Shown here one piece after another: positions 30,893 to 41,312 of a stretch of 64,000 nt of DNA (the stretch's first letter is position 1; the number at the start of each line of letters is the position of its first letter). The position numbers and the translations under genes are program-made. This DNA comes from an uncultured bacterium. Its GTDB lineage: Bacteria > Zixibacteria > MSB-5A5 > GN15 > FEB-12. The notes beneath the pieces are model-generated. The model made no database searches. It saw nothing but the letters and a program-made list of their open reading frames with translations, and had not been told where the DNA came from. The stretch is taken from the NCBI GenBank assembly GCA_965372795.1, contig CBDVDR010000010.1:32001-96000 (forward strand), given 5' to 3'.

Positions 30893-31415
30893 TCTTCGAT
30901 TGATAAAAAAAAGACATTCCTACTCAACGTCTGAATTATCCAAAAAAATAAGTGTACACCCTCGAACAATTCAAGAATGGCGCAAACAAGGGATGAAACC
31001 AATTGAGATAAATAATAGAAATTTTTTATTTATGGGATATGATATAGTTAGATTCATTTCAGAAAAGCAGCAGAAGAGGAAGCAAAAATTAGAAGTAAAC
31101 GAATTTTTCTGCCCAAAATGTAAATCACCTCAAACTTCTACTTTAAATAATATAACTATATTAGTAACTAATAAAAAAATTGGAAAAGATAATCTCTCCA
31201 TCCACATAAAAGGTGTTTGCACAAAGTGCAGATGCATACTCACTCGTTTTTCTTCTAAAACAATGCTCAAAAACTCCTATTGGGGGCTGAAGTTAAAAGA
31301 AGGTCATGTAAGATTAAAGGGTTATCCACCATCTGCTTTAAACACTGACATCAAGCAGGAGATTTTAGACTCTTTAAAACTTATAAAAGAAACTGAGGGA
31401 AATAATGAAAACTAA
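30870..31415 (+). CDS. HTH DNA-binding (excisionase-like) protein with zinc ribbon
   Basis: YSTSELSKKISVHPRTIQEWRKQG; CPKC...CTKC. Confidence 0.75.
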   Translation: MKKKRTYDLRLIKKRHSYSTSELSKKISVHPRTIQEWRKQGMKPIEINNRNFLFMGYDIVRFISEKQQKRKQKLEVNEFFCPKCKSPQTSTLNNITILVTNKKIGKDNLSIHIKGVCTKCRCILTRFSSKTMLKNSYWGLKLKEGHVRLKGYPPSALNTDIKQEILDSLKLIKETEGNNEN

Positions 31416-32493
31416 TTCAAAAAACGAAAGTGTTAAAAGGAAATATTTTAAATGGTTAAAAGAAGCCAGAGGATATGCAGAATCTACAATAGATATTATT
31501 GAAAAAAGTATATTACTGTATGAGGATTTTACACATTTTGAAGATTATTCCGCTTTCACTCAAAAAAAAGCTATTGGATTCAAAAAATGGTTACAATCAA
31601 AAACTTATAAGAATAAACCGGTCTCGGTTACAACAAATTATCATTACTTGAGACATTTAAAGGACTTCTTTATTTGGTTATCGGGACAAGCAGGTTATAA
31701 ATCAAAAATTGATTTGGATACTGTTTCATACTTATCACTGGATAAAAAACAAGTCAGATTGGCTACAGCACCTAAACCTGTCAAATTCCCATCATTGGAA
31801 TATGTTAAAAAACTAACAGATTCAATTGAAATAATAACAGAGATAGATAAAAGAGACCGTGCTTTGATCGCATTCCTATTATTGAGTGGAATGAGAGATA
31901 AAGCAATTTGCACTTTACCAATATGTTGTTTTGATAGAAATACGCTTGAAATCAACCAAGACCCAAAATTTGGAGTTGAAACTAAATTCGGAAAAGCTAT
32001 TTATTCAAAGATACTTAGAATCGATAACAAATTGTTAGAATATATTCTTAATTGGTCAGAGTATCTTGAAAAAGATAAATTATTCAGTTCCACTGATCCG
32101 CTATTTCCAAGAAATAAAGTACATATGTCTGAAAATAGCTATTGTTTTGAATCAAGTGAAATAGAGCCTTATTATTGGAAATCCACAAATAGTATCCGTA
32201 AAATATTAATAAATCGAAGTGAAAAAGCAGGCTTGAAGTATTATAATCCGCATTCATTTAGACATTCGACTGTAAATCTTGCTTTTAAAGCTTGCCGAAA
32301 TGGTGAGGAATTAAAAGCCATCAGTCAACTCGTCGGGCATGAAAATCTTAAGACAACTATGATGAGTTATGGAACTTTAGATCAACATAGGCTTAATGAA
32401 GTTGTAGATGATTTAGATTTCTCTGAATCTTCTGACAATGATCAAGAAATGTTTGAAGAATATAAGAAGTTTATTAGAAAAATAAAGAAATAA
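31405..32493 (+). CDS. Tyrosine recombinase / site-specific integrase
   Basis: SGMR, TKFGK, HSFRH, VGH, SYG catalytic residues present. Confidence 0.92.
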   Translation: MKTNSKNESVKRKYFKWLKEARGYAESTIDIIEKSILLYEDFTHFEDYSAFTQKKAIGFKKWLQSKTYKNKPVSVTTNYHYLRHLKDFFIWLSGQAGYKSKIDLDTVSYLSLDKKQVRLATAPKPVKFPSLEYVKKLTDSIEIITEIDKRDRALIAFLLLSGMRDKAICTLPICCFDRNTLEINQDPKFGVETKFGKAIYSKILRIDNKLLEYILNWSEYLEKDKLFSSTDPLFPRNKVHMSENSYCFESSEIEPYYWKSTNSIRKILINRSEKAGLKYYNPHSFRHSTVNLAFKACRNGEELKAISQLVGHENLKTTMMSYGTLDQHRLNEVVDDLDFSESSDNDQEMFEEYKKFIRKIKK

Positions 32494-32530
32494 TACTTGA
32501 CTGATGATATATTATGATATACTTTGAGGC

Positions 32531-32719
32531 ATGGATAATTTGTTAGAAAAACTTGAAGAATACCGGCTCGAACATCGCATTACTCAAAAGCAATTAGCTG
32601 AACTTCTTGGAGTTGCCTTTGTTACAGTAAGTCGTTGGCTGAATGGGCATACGAAACCGAATAAGATTCAAACATTTCACATTAAAAAGCTTTTATCTAA
32701 AAAGGTAAAAAAACGATGA
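32531..32719 (+). CDS. XRE/Cro-family HTH regulator
   Basis: ITQKQLAELLGVAFVTVSRWLNG; ATGA-coupled to recombinase. Confidence 0.92.
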   Translation: MDNLLEKLEEYRLEHRITQKQLAELLGVAFVTVSRWLNGHTKPNKIQTFHIKKLLSKKVKKR

Positions 32720-34164
32720 ATTGTGTAATCTATACTCGAGTCTCATCCAAAGAACAAGAAAAGAGTGGATTTTCAATTCCGGCTCAAAGAAAACTTCTTA
32801 TGGATTATGCCCAATCTCATGGTTACAAAATTATTCAAGAGTTTTCGGATGTAGAAACTGCTAAATCAAGCGGTAGAACACAATTTGAAAAATTACAATC
32901 TTTTCTAAAAGAAAACAAAGAAGTTAAAATTATTCTTGTTGAAAAAACAGATCGATTATACCGCAACTTTACTGACTATGTTTCTCTTGAAATGCTTGAT
33001 GTAGAACTTCATTTAGTCAAAGAAAATGAGATAATTAGTAAAGAGAGTAAATCTCATGCAAAATTAATTCATGGAATCAAAGTAGTATTAGCTAAAAACT
33101 ATATCGATAATTTGTCAGAAGAAGTAAAGAAAGGTCTTAAAGAAAAAGCCGAACAGGGTGAATGGCCACACAGAGCACCATTAGGGTATCTTAATGACCG
33201 TGACTCTCAAAAAATAGTTGTAGATCGAGAACGAGGTCCAATAATTAAAATGCTTTTTGAATTGTATGCAACTGGACAATACTCAATTTCGCTATTGCAG
33301 AAGGAAGCTAAGATATTAGGACTCAAATATCGAGGTAAAGGACAATATGTAAGTCGATCCTGGATTGAAAAACTTTTAAAGAACCCTATTTATACAGGCC
33401 GATTTAGATGGAAAAAGGAAATGTATCAAGGATCTCATGAACCATTGATTACATATGAATTATTTGACCAAGTGCAGAAGATAATTTCAAATAAAAGTAA
33501 GCCGAAACCAAGAACACATAATTTTGCTTTTCGAGGCTTGTTAACATGTGGTTATTGTGGATGTGCAATAACGGCTGAGATAAAAAAAGATAAGTATATT
33601 TACTATCGATGCACCAATGGGAAGGGTAAATGTTCTCAAGCTTATATTCCAGAGTCAAAACTATCATCACTTTTAGCAGAAACGGTTAAACAAGTAACAA
33701 TTGATTCTAATTCTGCAGAAGAAATTAGAACGGCACTAAAAGATAGTCTTGATAAAATACAACAATTTCGTGAACAAGAATTAAAAAAATTGAATAGTAA
33801 ACGACAACAAATCCAATCTCGCATTGATAATTGTTACCGTGATAGATTAGATGGTAGAATTGATATTGAGTTTTGGCAGAACACCCACAAACAACTTTTG
33901 GAAGAACAGAATAACTTGAATGAACGATATAAAAAATTAGATGAAGCTAACGAAGATTATTATCAGGCTGGATTAAGCTTCTTAGAACTCTCACAAACTG
34001 CTTACTCTGAATATCTTAATCGTAATTCACTTGAACAAGCAACACTATTAAAACAAATACTTTCGAACTGCAAAATAAAGGATGTAACTCTTTATCCTAC
34101 ATATAGAACGCCATTTAATTTACTACTTGATATACCTAAAAGTGAATTAATGCGGAGGAGGTAG
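32716..34164 (+). CDS. Large serine recombinase (resolvase + recombinase + zinc-ribbon/coiled-coil)
   Basis: YTRVSS, DRLYRN, APLGY, NPIYTG, CGYCG...YYRC...C; ORF stop lies within the tRNA. Confidence 0.95.
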   Translation: MNCVIYTRVSSKEQEKSGFSIPAQRKLLMDYAQSHGYKIIQEFSDVETAKSSGRTQFEKLQSFLKENKEVKIILVEKTDRLYRNFTDYVSLEMLDVELHLVKENEIISKESKSHAKLIHGIKVVLAKNYIDNLSEEVKKGLKEKAEQGEWPHRAPLGYLNDRDSQKIVVDRERGPIIKMLFELYATGQYSISLLQKEAKILGLKYRGKGQYVSRSWIEKLLKNPIYTGRFRWKKEMYQGSHEPLITYELFDQVQKIISNKSKPKPRTHNFAFRGLLTCGYCGCAITAEIKKDKYIYYRCTNGKGKCSQAYIPESKLSSLLAETVKQVTIDSNSAEEIRTALKDSLDKIQQFREQELKKLNSKRQQIQSRIDNCYRDRLDGRIDIEFWQNTHKQLLEEQNNLNERYKKLDEANEDYYQAGLSFLELSQTAYSEYLNRNSLEQATLLKQILSNCKIKDVTLYPTYRTPFNLLLDIPKSELMRRR

Positions 34165-34237
34165 GATTCGAACCCACGGTACCTTGCGGCACAACGGTTT
34201 TCAAGACCGCCGCTTTCGACCACTCAGCCACTCCTCC
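34153..34237 (-). tRNA. tRNA-Ser(TGA)
   Basis: Minus strand GGAGGAGTGGCTGAGTGGTCGAAAGCGGCGGTCTTGAAAACCGTTGTGCCGCAAGGTACCGTGGGTTCGAATCCTACCTCCTCCG; long variable arm; CCA not encoded. Confidence 0.97.
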
Positions 34238-34323
34238 GTAATATATCGCACCCAATTACATCTAAAACAGGTGTCCTGTCAAGGATTTTGTCTTCTCCGC
34301 CCTAAAATTCAGAAAGAATTTAC

Positions 34324-35232
34324 TTACCAGAGCGGTTTTAAAGATGTCTCTCCGCAAAGCTCAGTTGTGGTCCAGCGGGTAGTTGAGTTTTCAACCACAA
34401 TATCGACTCCGGTAGAATTAAAGGTTTGGCTAATAAACCAGGTATCGCTGAAACTAAGGATCGACTCACCGGTACATGCTAATGAGATAGTACCGTTATG
34501 AGTCAGACTGCCACTTGTAGGGCAATCATCATTGCCGTCATCATCATCAAGGTCATCAATAGTTGTCACAATATCAACTGCCTCGCCCGTTATAGCCATT
34601 GTAGAATTACAGCCTTCTGAAATACTAAGAGCACTAAGAGAGATACCGTTATTACCATTAATGGTAATTGTACCATCGGTGAGAATATCGCCAACAATAT
34701 TAAACTTCTGATTAGCAGCAACATTCAGGCTAATCTCCGGAGAAGTCATTGCCAGATCAAGGTCAGCACCGGTGTTGATTCCGGTTAATTGTAATGAATC
34801 GGGCCATTGCACCGCCGTTGTACCATGTAGAAATTGAATCGAATCCTGAATAATCGATGAAGTAACAATCATCTGTTCCCCTGTTCCCAGAGTGTCATTA
34901 ACACTGACATAAAAATACCAGTATTGAGAATTGGTATGATAAGCCAGCAACACCGAATCAGAAAGAGCGCGCATGTTGGAATACTTACTTGTTAATTTCC
35001 CGGGTGATTGCGACATCGTTGACATAACCGTATCAATCAGCCAAAACATAGATTCAAACATTTCACTTGTAAACTCATCCATGCTTTCAATCGTGCTTTC
35101 AACCTGTAAGTACGATGTGTCGGTTAACTCGCCGACTTGTTTCTGCGAACTGGTGCTGTCATCGCTGCAACCAATTACAAAGAGAAGTAAAGCCACAGTC
35201 ATCATCAAAATTATAAATTGTTTTGTATGCAT
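34324..35232 (-). CDS. Hypothetical lipoprotein
   Basis: Lipobox VIGC, Ser/Thr/Asp-rich beta content, GGAGG RBS. Confidence 0.75.
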   Translation of the reverse strand: MHTKQFIILMMTVALLLFVIGCSDDSTSSQKQVGELTDTSYLQVESTIESMDEFTSEMFESMFWLIDTVMSTMSQSPGKLTSKYSNMRALSDSVLLAYHTNSQYWYFYVSVNDTLGTGEQMIVTSSIIQDSIQFLHGTTAVQWPDSLQLTGINTGADLDLAMTSPEISLNVAANQKFNIVGDILTDGTITINGNNGISLSALSISEGCNSTMAITGEAVDIVTTIDDLDDDDGNDDCPTSGSLTHNGTISLACTGESILSFSDTWFISQTFNSTGVDIVVENSTTRWTTTELCGETSLKPLW

Positions 35233-35330
35233 AAATCCTCCAAGATTACTTTTATATATATATCGGATATATTCACAAGAGAATTATTTATTTATAAAGT
35301 TTCCCAATTTGCGTTTGTAAATCAATTAAA

Positions 35331-36494
35331 ATGTTGCAAAAATATTTAAATAGTCCAATATTTAGCTATAACAGGGGAATAAGGGATATAATGGAAAATT
35401 TCAATAATCAAAATTATGCTACAATTTTACTCTCAAGACAGTCTTTGCGACCTTGCGGTAAAGACCTTTGGGTAAAACAAACCGTCGGGGCTGTCACTTG
35501 GGTCAAAGAAAATAATCTGACCCTTATAACATCCGTTGGGATGAAAACCTGGGAACTGATAACTTCGATCGCATCAAGTTTATCAATCCCTATGGTTTTA
35601 GCAATACCATACGATCAAAATATTTGTGAAAATGAAATCGAAGAAATACTGATTCAAGAATTTTCTTTAAATGACAAAAATGTTCAATTTCAAATTCTAA
35701 ACTCAAGCGATAAACATTCATTCATGAAACTTCGGGATGAATGGATTATTTCTAATTCGAATATTTTATTACCCGTCTCGCTTAATCCAAAAGGGAATCT
35801 CAACCGTTTGATAAATAAATATCAAGATGAAAAAGAGATTATTAAATCATTCAGTACAAAATATACAACAAGTAACGACAAGCTGTCATATTTAATAAAA
35901 AACTCTGACCTGTCTACGGACATAAAGAAAATCAGGACCGAATATTTATTTCACTGGACAAAAACAACCAATAGCAAATGGCAGGACGAAAGATTGTTTG
36001 ATTATTACAAAGCTATTATCAGCACAGATAAGTATCCACGCCTGGCGATTGATAATTTAAATCAGATAATAAAATCTCAAACAATAATAGCCTCATCAAA
36101 AAACATTAAAGGCAATAACAGAGTCGTTTCGTTTTCGGGATTACATCCGGCAAATGCCATAAGTTTAATGAGATGGCGTAGCCGATATAAAGAGATGACT
36201 ATCGAACCGTATGCAATTGGAATTGAAAAAAGCTTTGCTCTTGATTATGGGATTAAACCGGTGATTTATTATTCCGGGGCAGAACCAATAAACTTCCCTG
36301 CCGAAAATGAATGGCTTTATCAAGCTCAGGGAAAAATTACTGATTGGCGGACTGAAAATGAATTTCGCTATCCGGGTGATTTCTGTTTAACCAAAATCCC
36401 AAAAGATAAAATAATATTTATCACCCGGACAGAGGCGGAAGCTATTCAGCTTGCCAAAAAGACCGATATAAAAACCACTGCTTTATGCCGTTAG
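35331..36494 (+). CDS. Hypothetical protein: SLOG/DprA-like N-terminus + ADP-ribosyltransferase/AbiGi-like C-terminus
   Basis: LITSVG..TWEL, RDEWII..S; FHWTK, VVSFS, PYAIGI.K, GIKPVIY, ENEFR; start may be 35391. Confidence 0.5.
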   Translation: MLQKYLNSPIFSYNRGIRDIMENFNNQNYATILLSRQSLRPCGKDLWVKQTVGAVTWVKENNLTLITSVGMKTWELITSIASSLSIPMVLAIPYDQNICENEIEEILIQEFSLNDKNVQFQILNSSDKHSFMKLRDEWIISNSNILLPVSLNPKGNLNRLINKYQDEKEIIKSFSTKYTTSNDKLSYLIKNSDLSTDIKKIRTEYLFHWTKTTNSKWQDERLFDYYKAIISTDKYPRLAIDNLNQIIKSQTIIASSKNIKGNNRVVSFSGLHPANAISLMRWRSRYKEMTIEPYAIGIEKSFALDYGIKPVIYYSGAEPINFPAENEWLYQAQGKITDWRTENEFRYPGDFCLTKIPKDKIIFITRTEAEAIQLAKKTDIKTTALCR

Positions 36495-39479
36495 TTATTT
36501 CAGGAGCAACATCTTTTTTGAAACTCTAAACTCTCCGGCAATTATCCGATACAGATATACTCCGGATGAAACCGAAGAACCGGTATCATCTCTGCCATCC
36601 CATTCGATTTTATAGTTTCCAGCCGATTGGGTTTTATTAATCAATTGCCGAACTTCCTGACCAAGAATATTAAACACAGAAATAGAAACAGCTGATCGTT
36701 CTGGCAGTGAATAAGCAATAGTCGTTACCGGATTGAACGGGTTGGGGTAATTCTGGGCTAATTCAATCGTTTTAGGAAGAATCTCAATTAATTCATCTTC
36801 TTCAACATCAGTTAAGATCGAACTGTTTTGATAAGCAGTACGGGCAGCCAGGACACTTTCGGCAAACTCTGTCGAATCAATTCCGGCAATTACCGCAAAG
36901 ACAAAAGTATAGGAATCATCGGCTCCCAAAATTATCGGTCCCACCGCCATAGTCTGATTTAAATCATCACGGGCGTTTACATAAGTACTCGCACTGCGGG
37001 TACCATCGGTTAATGATTTTATTTTTTCAGCCTCAGTGAAGCCATCAATATCACAGCCGGTGACAAATACCGATTGAGTTTGTGCTGATGATAAATTCCC
37101 ATTAAGTAAAACCATGCCTCGATAACTGGAATTGGTTGTGTCGGTATCTTTGTGTGCCATCCATAGATACTGCCCGGCAAAGTTATATCCCCCGCAGTTA
37201 TTGGCATAATTAATTATATCCCAATCAAAATATAAACCAAAATTGACATCGGATATTGTCTGGGCGGTTGGATTATGAATCTTATATTTTAATATCACAA
37301 AGTTTTGATTTGGAGGAGTTGTATAAGCATAGGTACTCTGAGTAATTGTCAGCCCGATTGGTTGTTCGGCTCGCTGATCAGAGAACAGGGAGGATGTTTC
37401 CTCGTCGGCAACTTCTGGAGAACCTGCCATTTCAATATTACCTCCCGGAAGAATATTAAAATCACTATCAGGATCACAGATAAAATTATGCACCGCATCC
37501 GATACATAATTACCCTCCGCGGAAACCATCACTCCCCCCAGCCAGAGATCATTCAAACCGCCTTCAAATTTAAAACCTGCACCGCCCGTAGCCGGATAAA
37601 AGGAATCATCACCAAACCCGAAAAGTCCATAGTTCGAAACTGAAATTTGTATAGCGCCCGTGTTATGGGTCAGGATTGATCGTTCAAGGTTCGGTTCTAC
37701 CTGAAAATAAATTGTCGTCGCCTGACTGTAGCCAGTACCGCTGATTTCCATATCCAACGATAGTATCGTTCCCTCTGTTACCGTATCAGCGATTACAACT
37801 TTTAAACTGTCGGACGAACGAATAGTATCGCCCTCATTAAAATTACCAAATGAGATTGAACCGCTCAAAAGCGTCAATGAAGGATCAACAGTGCCCGGAA
37901 TAAGAGTGACCAGATCAACGGAGCTGCCAAGATTTTGTAATACAACTGTTCCGGAAATTGTATCGCCGGCTATCACCGGATTATGATCATATTTGTATAC
38001 TCTGACATTGGGTAAATTATTTGTTCCTGACAAAGCATTTAAAGCGCCAACACAATCAACAACGCCCCAGCCAAAATTATTATCAGGTAACACATTTCCG
38101 AAATCACGAGCCGAGACTAAAATTGCAGTTTTAATTTCATCGACAGTTGCATTAGGATTTTTTTCTCGCAACAAGGGTACCATTCCGGAAACATGCGGTG
38201 CTGCCATTGAAGTTCCGCCCTTGATTCCATAATTCCCGTCTATCAAAGCAGATCGTATGATTGATCCCGGCGCCACAACATTCGGTTTAAAGGCGCCATT
38301 GCAATCTGAGGGTCCTCTTGATGAAGAATTTTCAACTTTAGGGGTATCTACAACAGTTATGGATATGGACCCGATGGCAAAGCAGTCAATTGAATCCAAA
38401 GCTCGATTAGCCGGATTTCGAATCGAAGCTATACCGCCTTCATTGCCTGCCGCAAAAATATTTACTATTCCCAAGGCTTCAAGATTATCTGAGAGTCTAT
38501 AAAAAATATCGGCACATTCAACTTCCGGTACGCCCCAGCTATGGTTGATAACATCAGGAATATCCCCGACAGAATTCAGATCGCCATCCGGATTGGCTGC
38601 CCATTCAAAAGCATCTATCAAGGAAGTTCCTTGAATATCAAGCACGCCCGCCGAGATCCACTTCGCACCCGGAGCCACGCCAATTGTATCACCTAAAACA
38701 TCATCATGACCAACCATCGTTCCCATTGTATGGGAGCCATGGTTTACATCAAAAGTTCCCGGGTTGGTACCATCATCGCTTGAAAAAGAATGTGGAAACG
38801 GTTCGCCATACCTGCCGTCAAACCAGGCCGCAGCGGAATCACCATCGTGACCTTTCCAATTGCTAAACAAGGCCGGATGGGTTCCTTCAACCCCGGTATC
38901 AAAATTGCAGACAACTCTTCCATTGCCGGTATATCCCATCTGCCAGGCGCCATCAGCGTTCATGTATTTAATATTGTCACCGACACCAACATCTTGAGTA
39001 GAAGCCGAGTATGATTTTGTCGGTTCAATAAAGGTTGCTTTGTGAGGGAGAATAATTTTTTCTATCGCGGAATTGTTTGAAAGAATTTCCAACTGATCTT
39101 TTGTGATTTCTGCTTCAATAACATTTATCAGCCAGTGTGTTTTTATTCGGGAAACTTTGCCCCTCTTTTTCAGATCACGTAACTCCGAAAGAATTTGCTT
39201 CTGAGCTATAAGATGTGACGTTTTTAAACGGGCAACACCACTACGGTATCGGGTAGCATGAGTAGAGGTCGAAACCTTTAGAGCGGATTTTAATTGAGAT
39301 GCCGATTGGACTTCGGGAAGTTTAATCCATACTTCAATTTTTTCATCAGCCGAAGAATTGTTAATTCGATCCTGTAAATCCATAGATAATTCTGCTGAAT
39401 TAACTGAGATCGTAGCTAGTATCATAATTACTATAAATAATATCTGTTTTTTCATAATACGATTAAGTTTTTCTTTCAT
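36495..39479 (-). CDS. Secreted S8 (subtilisin) serine peptidase with C-terminal FlgD-Ig/T9SS-like tail
   Basis: FDTG, HGSHTMG, GTSMAAPHV triad; QNYPNPFNP...WDGRD...SGVYLYR. Confidence 0.95.
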   Translation of the reverse strand: MKEKLNRIMKKQILFIVIMILATISVNSAELSMDLQDRINNSSADEKIEVWIKLPEVQSASQLKSALKVSTSTHATRYRSGVARLKTSHLIAQKQILSELRDLKKRGKVSRIKTHWLINVIEAEITKDQLEILSNNSAIEKIILPHKATFIEPTKSYSASTQDVGVGDNIKYMNADGAWQMGYTGNGRVVCNFDTGVEGTHPALFSNWKGHDGDSAAAWFDGRYGEPFPHSFSSDDGTNPGTFDVNHGSHTMGTMVGHDDVLGDTIGVAPGAKWISAGVLDIQGTSLIDAFEWAANPDGDLNSVGDIPDVINHSWGVPEVECADIFYRLSDNLEALGIVNIFAAGNEGGIASIRNPANRALDSIDCFAIGSISITVVDTPKVENSSSRGPSDCNGAFKPNVVAPGSIIRSALIDGNYGIKGGTSMAAPHVSGMVPLLREKNPNATVDEIKTAILVSARDFGNVLPDNNFGWGVVDCVGALNALSGTNNLPNVRVYKYDHNPVIAGDTISGTVVLQNLGSSVDLVTLIPGTVDPSLTLLSGSISFGNFNEGDTIRSSDSLKVVIADTVTEGTILSLDMEISGTGYSQATTIYFQVEPNLERSILTHNTGAIQISVSNYGLFGFGDDSFYPATGGAGFKFEGGLNDLWLGGVMVSAEGNYVSDAVHNFICDPDSDFNILPGGNIEMAGSPEVADEETSSLFSDQRAEQPIGLTITQSTYAYTTPPNQNFVILKYKIHNPTAQTISDVNFGLYFDWDIINYANNCGGYNFAGQYLWMAHKDTDTTNSSYRGMVLLNGNLSSAQTQSVFVTGCDIDGFTEAEKIKSLTDGTRSASTYVNARDDLNQTMAVGPIILGADDSYTFVFAVIAGIDSTEFAESVLAARTAYQNSSILTDVEEDELIEILPKTIELAQNYPNPFNPVTTIAYSLPERSAVSISVFNILGQEVRQLINKTQSAGNYKIEWDGRDDTGSSVSSGVYLYRIIAGEFRVSKKMLLLK

Positions 39480-39651
39480 TTTTACAAATTATAAATTTTA
39501 TAAAATATATACGATTAACAGTTCAATTTATTCTAACCAATTACCATCAATCTATGAATAATTCTCGTAATTTTTAGTACAATATATTATATTTAAGTTA
39601 ATTTCAGGTAATTTGTACAGTAAAAAGAGTATTTGTAAATATGGAGGTTTC

Positions 39652-40164
39652 ATGCAGCAAATAAAAAATCTCGACCGCGAGACGCTTGAAATTATGCTCT
39701 CAGATTTTGCTAAAAACTGGCTGGCTCATGACGGGCTCTGGTTTCAAGCGACGGAAAAGTCTTATGGGATAGAGGAAGCTATTAAACTCGATACCGAAGC
39801 CTGGGAAAAATTTACAATTGTCGAAGCCAGGAGAATTATGAAATTGCATAAAATCTCGGAGAACAGCGGTTTGGAAGGTTTAAAAAAAGCTCTCGGTTTT
39901 AGGTTGTACGCTGTCTTAAACGAACAGGTGATCGGCAACGAAACAGATAAGTCGTTTGAATTTTTTATGGTAGATTGTCGGGTGCAATCAGCCCGATGCC
40001 GTAAACAACTGCCCCTCTTCCCTTGCAAATCTGTCGGACTGGTTGAATACGAAGGCTTTGCCCGAACTATTGACCCGAGGATTAAAACCGAGTGTATCGG
40101 CTGCCCCCCGGATGAACAAGCCGGTAAAGATTATTTTTGCGGATGGAAATTTTTCATTGAATAA
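39652..40164 (+). CDS. DUF6125-like protein
   Basis: WLAHDGLWF, CRVQSAR, FPCK, C..CPPD, CGWKF; ATG 39652 with GGAGG. Confidence 0.75.
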   Translation: MQQIKNLDRETLEIMLSDFAKNWLAHDGLWFQATEKSYGIEEAIKLDTEAWEKFTIVEARRIMKLHKISENSGLEGLKKALGFRLYAVLNEQVIGNETDKSFEFFMVDCRVQSARCRKQLPLFPCKSVGLVEYEGFARTIDPRIKTECIGCPPDEQAGKDYFCGWKFFIE

Positions 40165-40166
40165 AA

Positions 40167-40194
40167 AAAGCAGTCCGCCTGGGCGGACTGCTTT
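40167..40194. terminator. Bidirectional intrinsic terminator
   Basis: AAAGCAGTCCGCC-TG-GGCGGACTGCTTT between convergent genes. Confidence 0.8.
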
Positions 40195-40247
40195 GATTAT
40201 AGAAAATTACAATAGTATTTATTGACGTCACACTAGAATTTACTAAA

Positions 40248-40274
40248 GTCACACTGAGCGGAGTCGAAGTGTGA
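40248..40274. repeat. REP-like palindromic element
   Basis: GTCACACTGAGCGGAGTCGAAGTGTGA resembles the GTCxCCCTGAGCGGAGTCGAAGG intergenic repeat type; partial GTCACACT at 40227. Confidence 0.55.
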
Positions 40275-40285
40275 TCTATGTACTT

Positions 40286-41206
40286 TTATTCAAATGATGC
40301 TACGGTGCGTTTTAAGCCTTCGTCAAAGTCAATTTCACCTTTGTAACCAAGCTTTTTAATTTTATCAATATCCGCATAGGAATGTTTGATATCACCGGCG
40401 CGTTCGTCAGCATAAATGGCTTCGACATCAACTTTCAGGATTACTTTTAATTTATCAATCAGATCGTTCAATGTAAACTGGGCTCCGCAAGCAACATTAA
40501 AACTATCACCAACCATTTCATCACTGGTCGCCGCAAGGATATTAGCCTCTATTGCGTTCTGGACATAAGTAAAATCACGCGATTGTAAACCATCACCATA
40601 GACGGTTGGTTTCTTGCCTTGTTTCATCAAAGTGATAAATTTTGGAATAACCGCCGCATAGTCAGATTTTGGATCCTGTCTCGGACCAAAAATATTAAAA
40701 TATCTGATTGAAACAGTCGGGAGTTTATACAATTCCCAAAAAACTTTCAGATAATATTCACCGGTCAATTTTGTGATCGCATAAGGTGACAATGGTGAGG
40801 GAGTCATCGCTTCATGTTTCGGTAACACTTCCGATTCTCCATAAACCGAAGAAGAAGATGCCAACACAACTTTTTTAACTTTTGCTTCACGAGCAGCATA
40901 TAAAACATTCAGCAGACCATTTAGGTTGACCTCATTCGAGGTCAGCGGATTCTCAACCGAACGTGGTACCGATGGCAAAGCCGCCTGATGGAGAATATAA
41001 TCAACTCCTTTGACGGCCTGGGTAACTGTCCATAAATCGCGAATATCACCTTCGATAAATTCAACCTGATCAATAATCGGCTCAATATTTTCAATTCTAC
41101 CGGTTGATAAATTATCAAGGATTCGAACCTGTTCACCTTTTTCAAGTAAATGATGAGCAATGTTTGACCCGATAAATCCGGAGCCGCCGGTTATAAGATA
41201 TTTCAT
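40286..41206 (-). CDS. NAD-dependent nucleotide-sugar epimerase/dehydratase (WbpP/TviC-like SDR)
   Basis: TGGSGFIG, HQAALPSVPRS, YAITK, RYFNIFGPRQDP. Confidence 0.93.
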   Translation of the reverse strand: MKYLITGGSGFIGSNIAHHLLEKGEQVRILDNLSTGRIENIEPIIDQVEFIEGDIRDLWTVTQAVKGVDYILHQAALPSVPRSVENPLTSNEVNLNGLLNVLYAAREAKVKKVVLASSSSVYGESEVLPKHEAMTPSPLSPYAITKLTGEYYLKVFWELYKLPTVSIRYFNIFGPRQDPKSDYAAVIPKFITLMKQGKKPTVYGDGLQSRDFTYVQNAIEANILAATSDEMVGDSFNVACGAQFTLNDLIDKLKVILKVDVEAIYADERAGDIKHSYADIDKIKKLGYKGEIDFDEGLKRTVASFE

Positions 41207-41312
41207 TTAAAATTATTCCATCTGGTTTTAAGTTCTTTAAATTATATCGACAATAAAGCTGTTTGTTAATAGTTATTATAGAATATAAAAGTATAATAAA
41301 ACATATCTCTTT

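Larger units (their letters stand above)
14658..34155. mobile_element. About 19.5-kb serine-recombinase-integrated defence island at tRNA-Ser 3' end
   Basis: LSR ORF overlaps tRNA 3' end; matching TAATGCGG core and ACTACTTG-N20 motif at both ends; AT-rich cargo of R-M, NLR-like and recombinase genes. Confidence 0.8.

Noticed and set aside
29211..34164. Prophage or conjugative element
   Set aside because: No capsid, terminase, tail, relaxase or T4SS genes recognisable within the island
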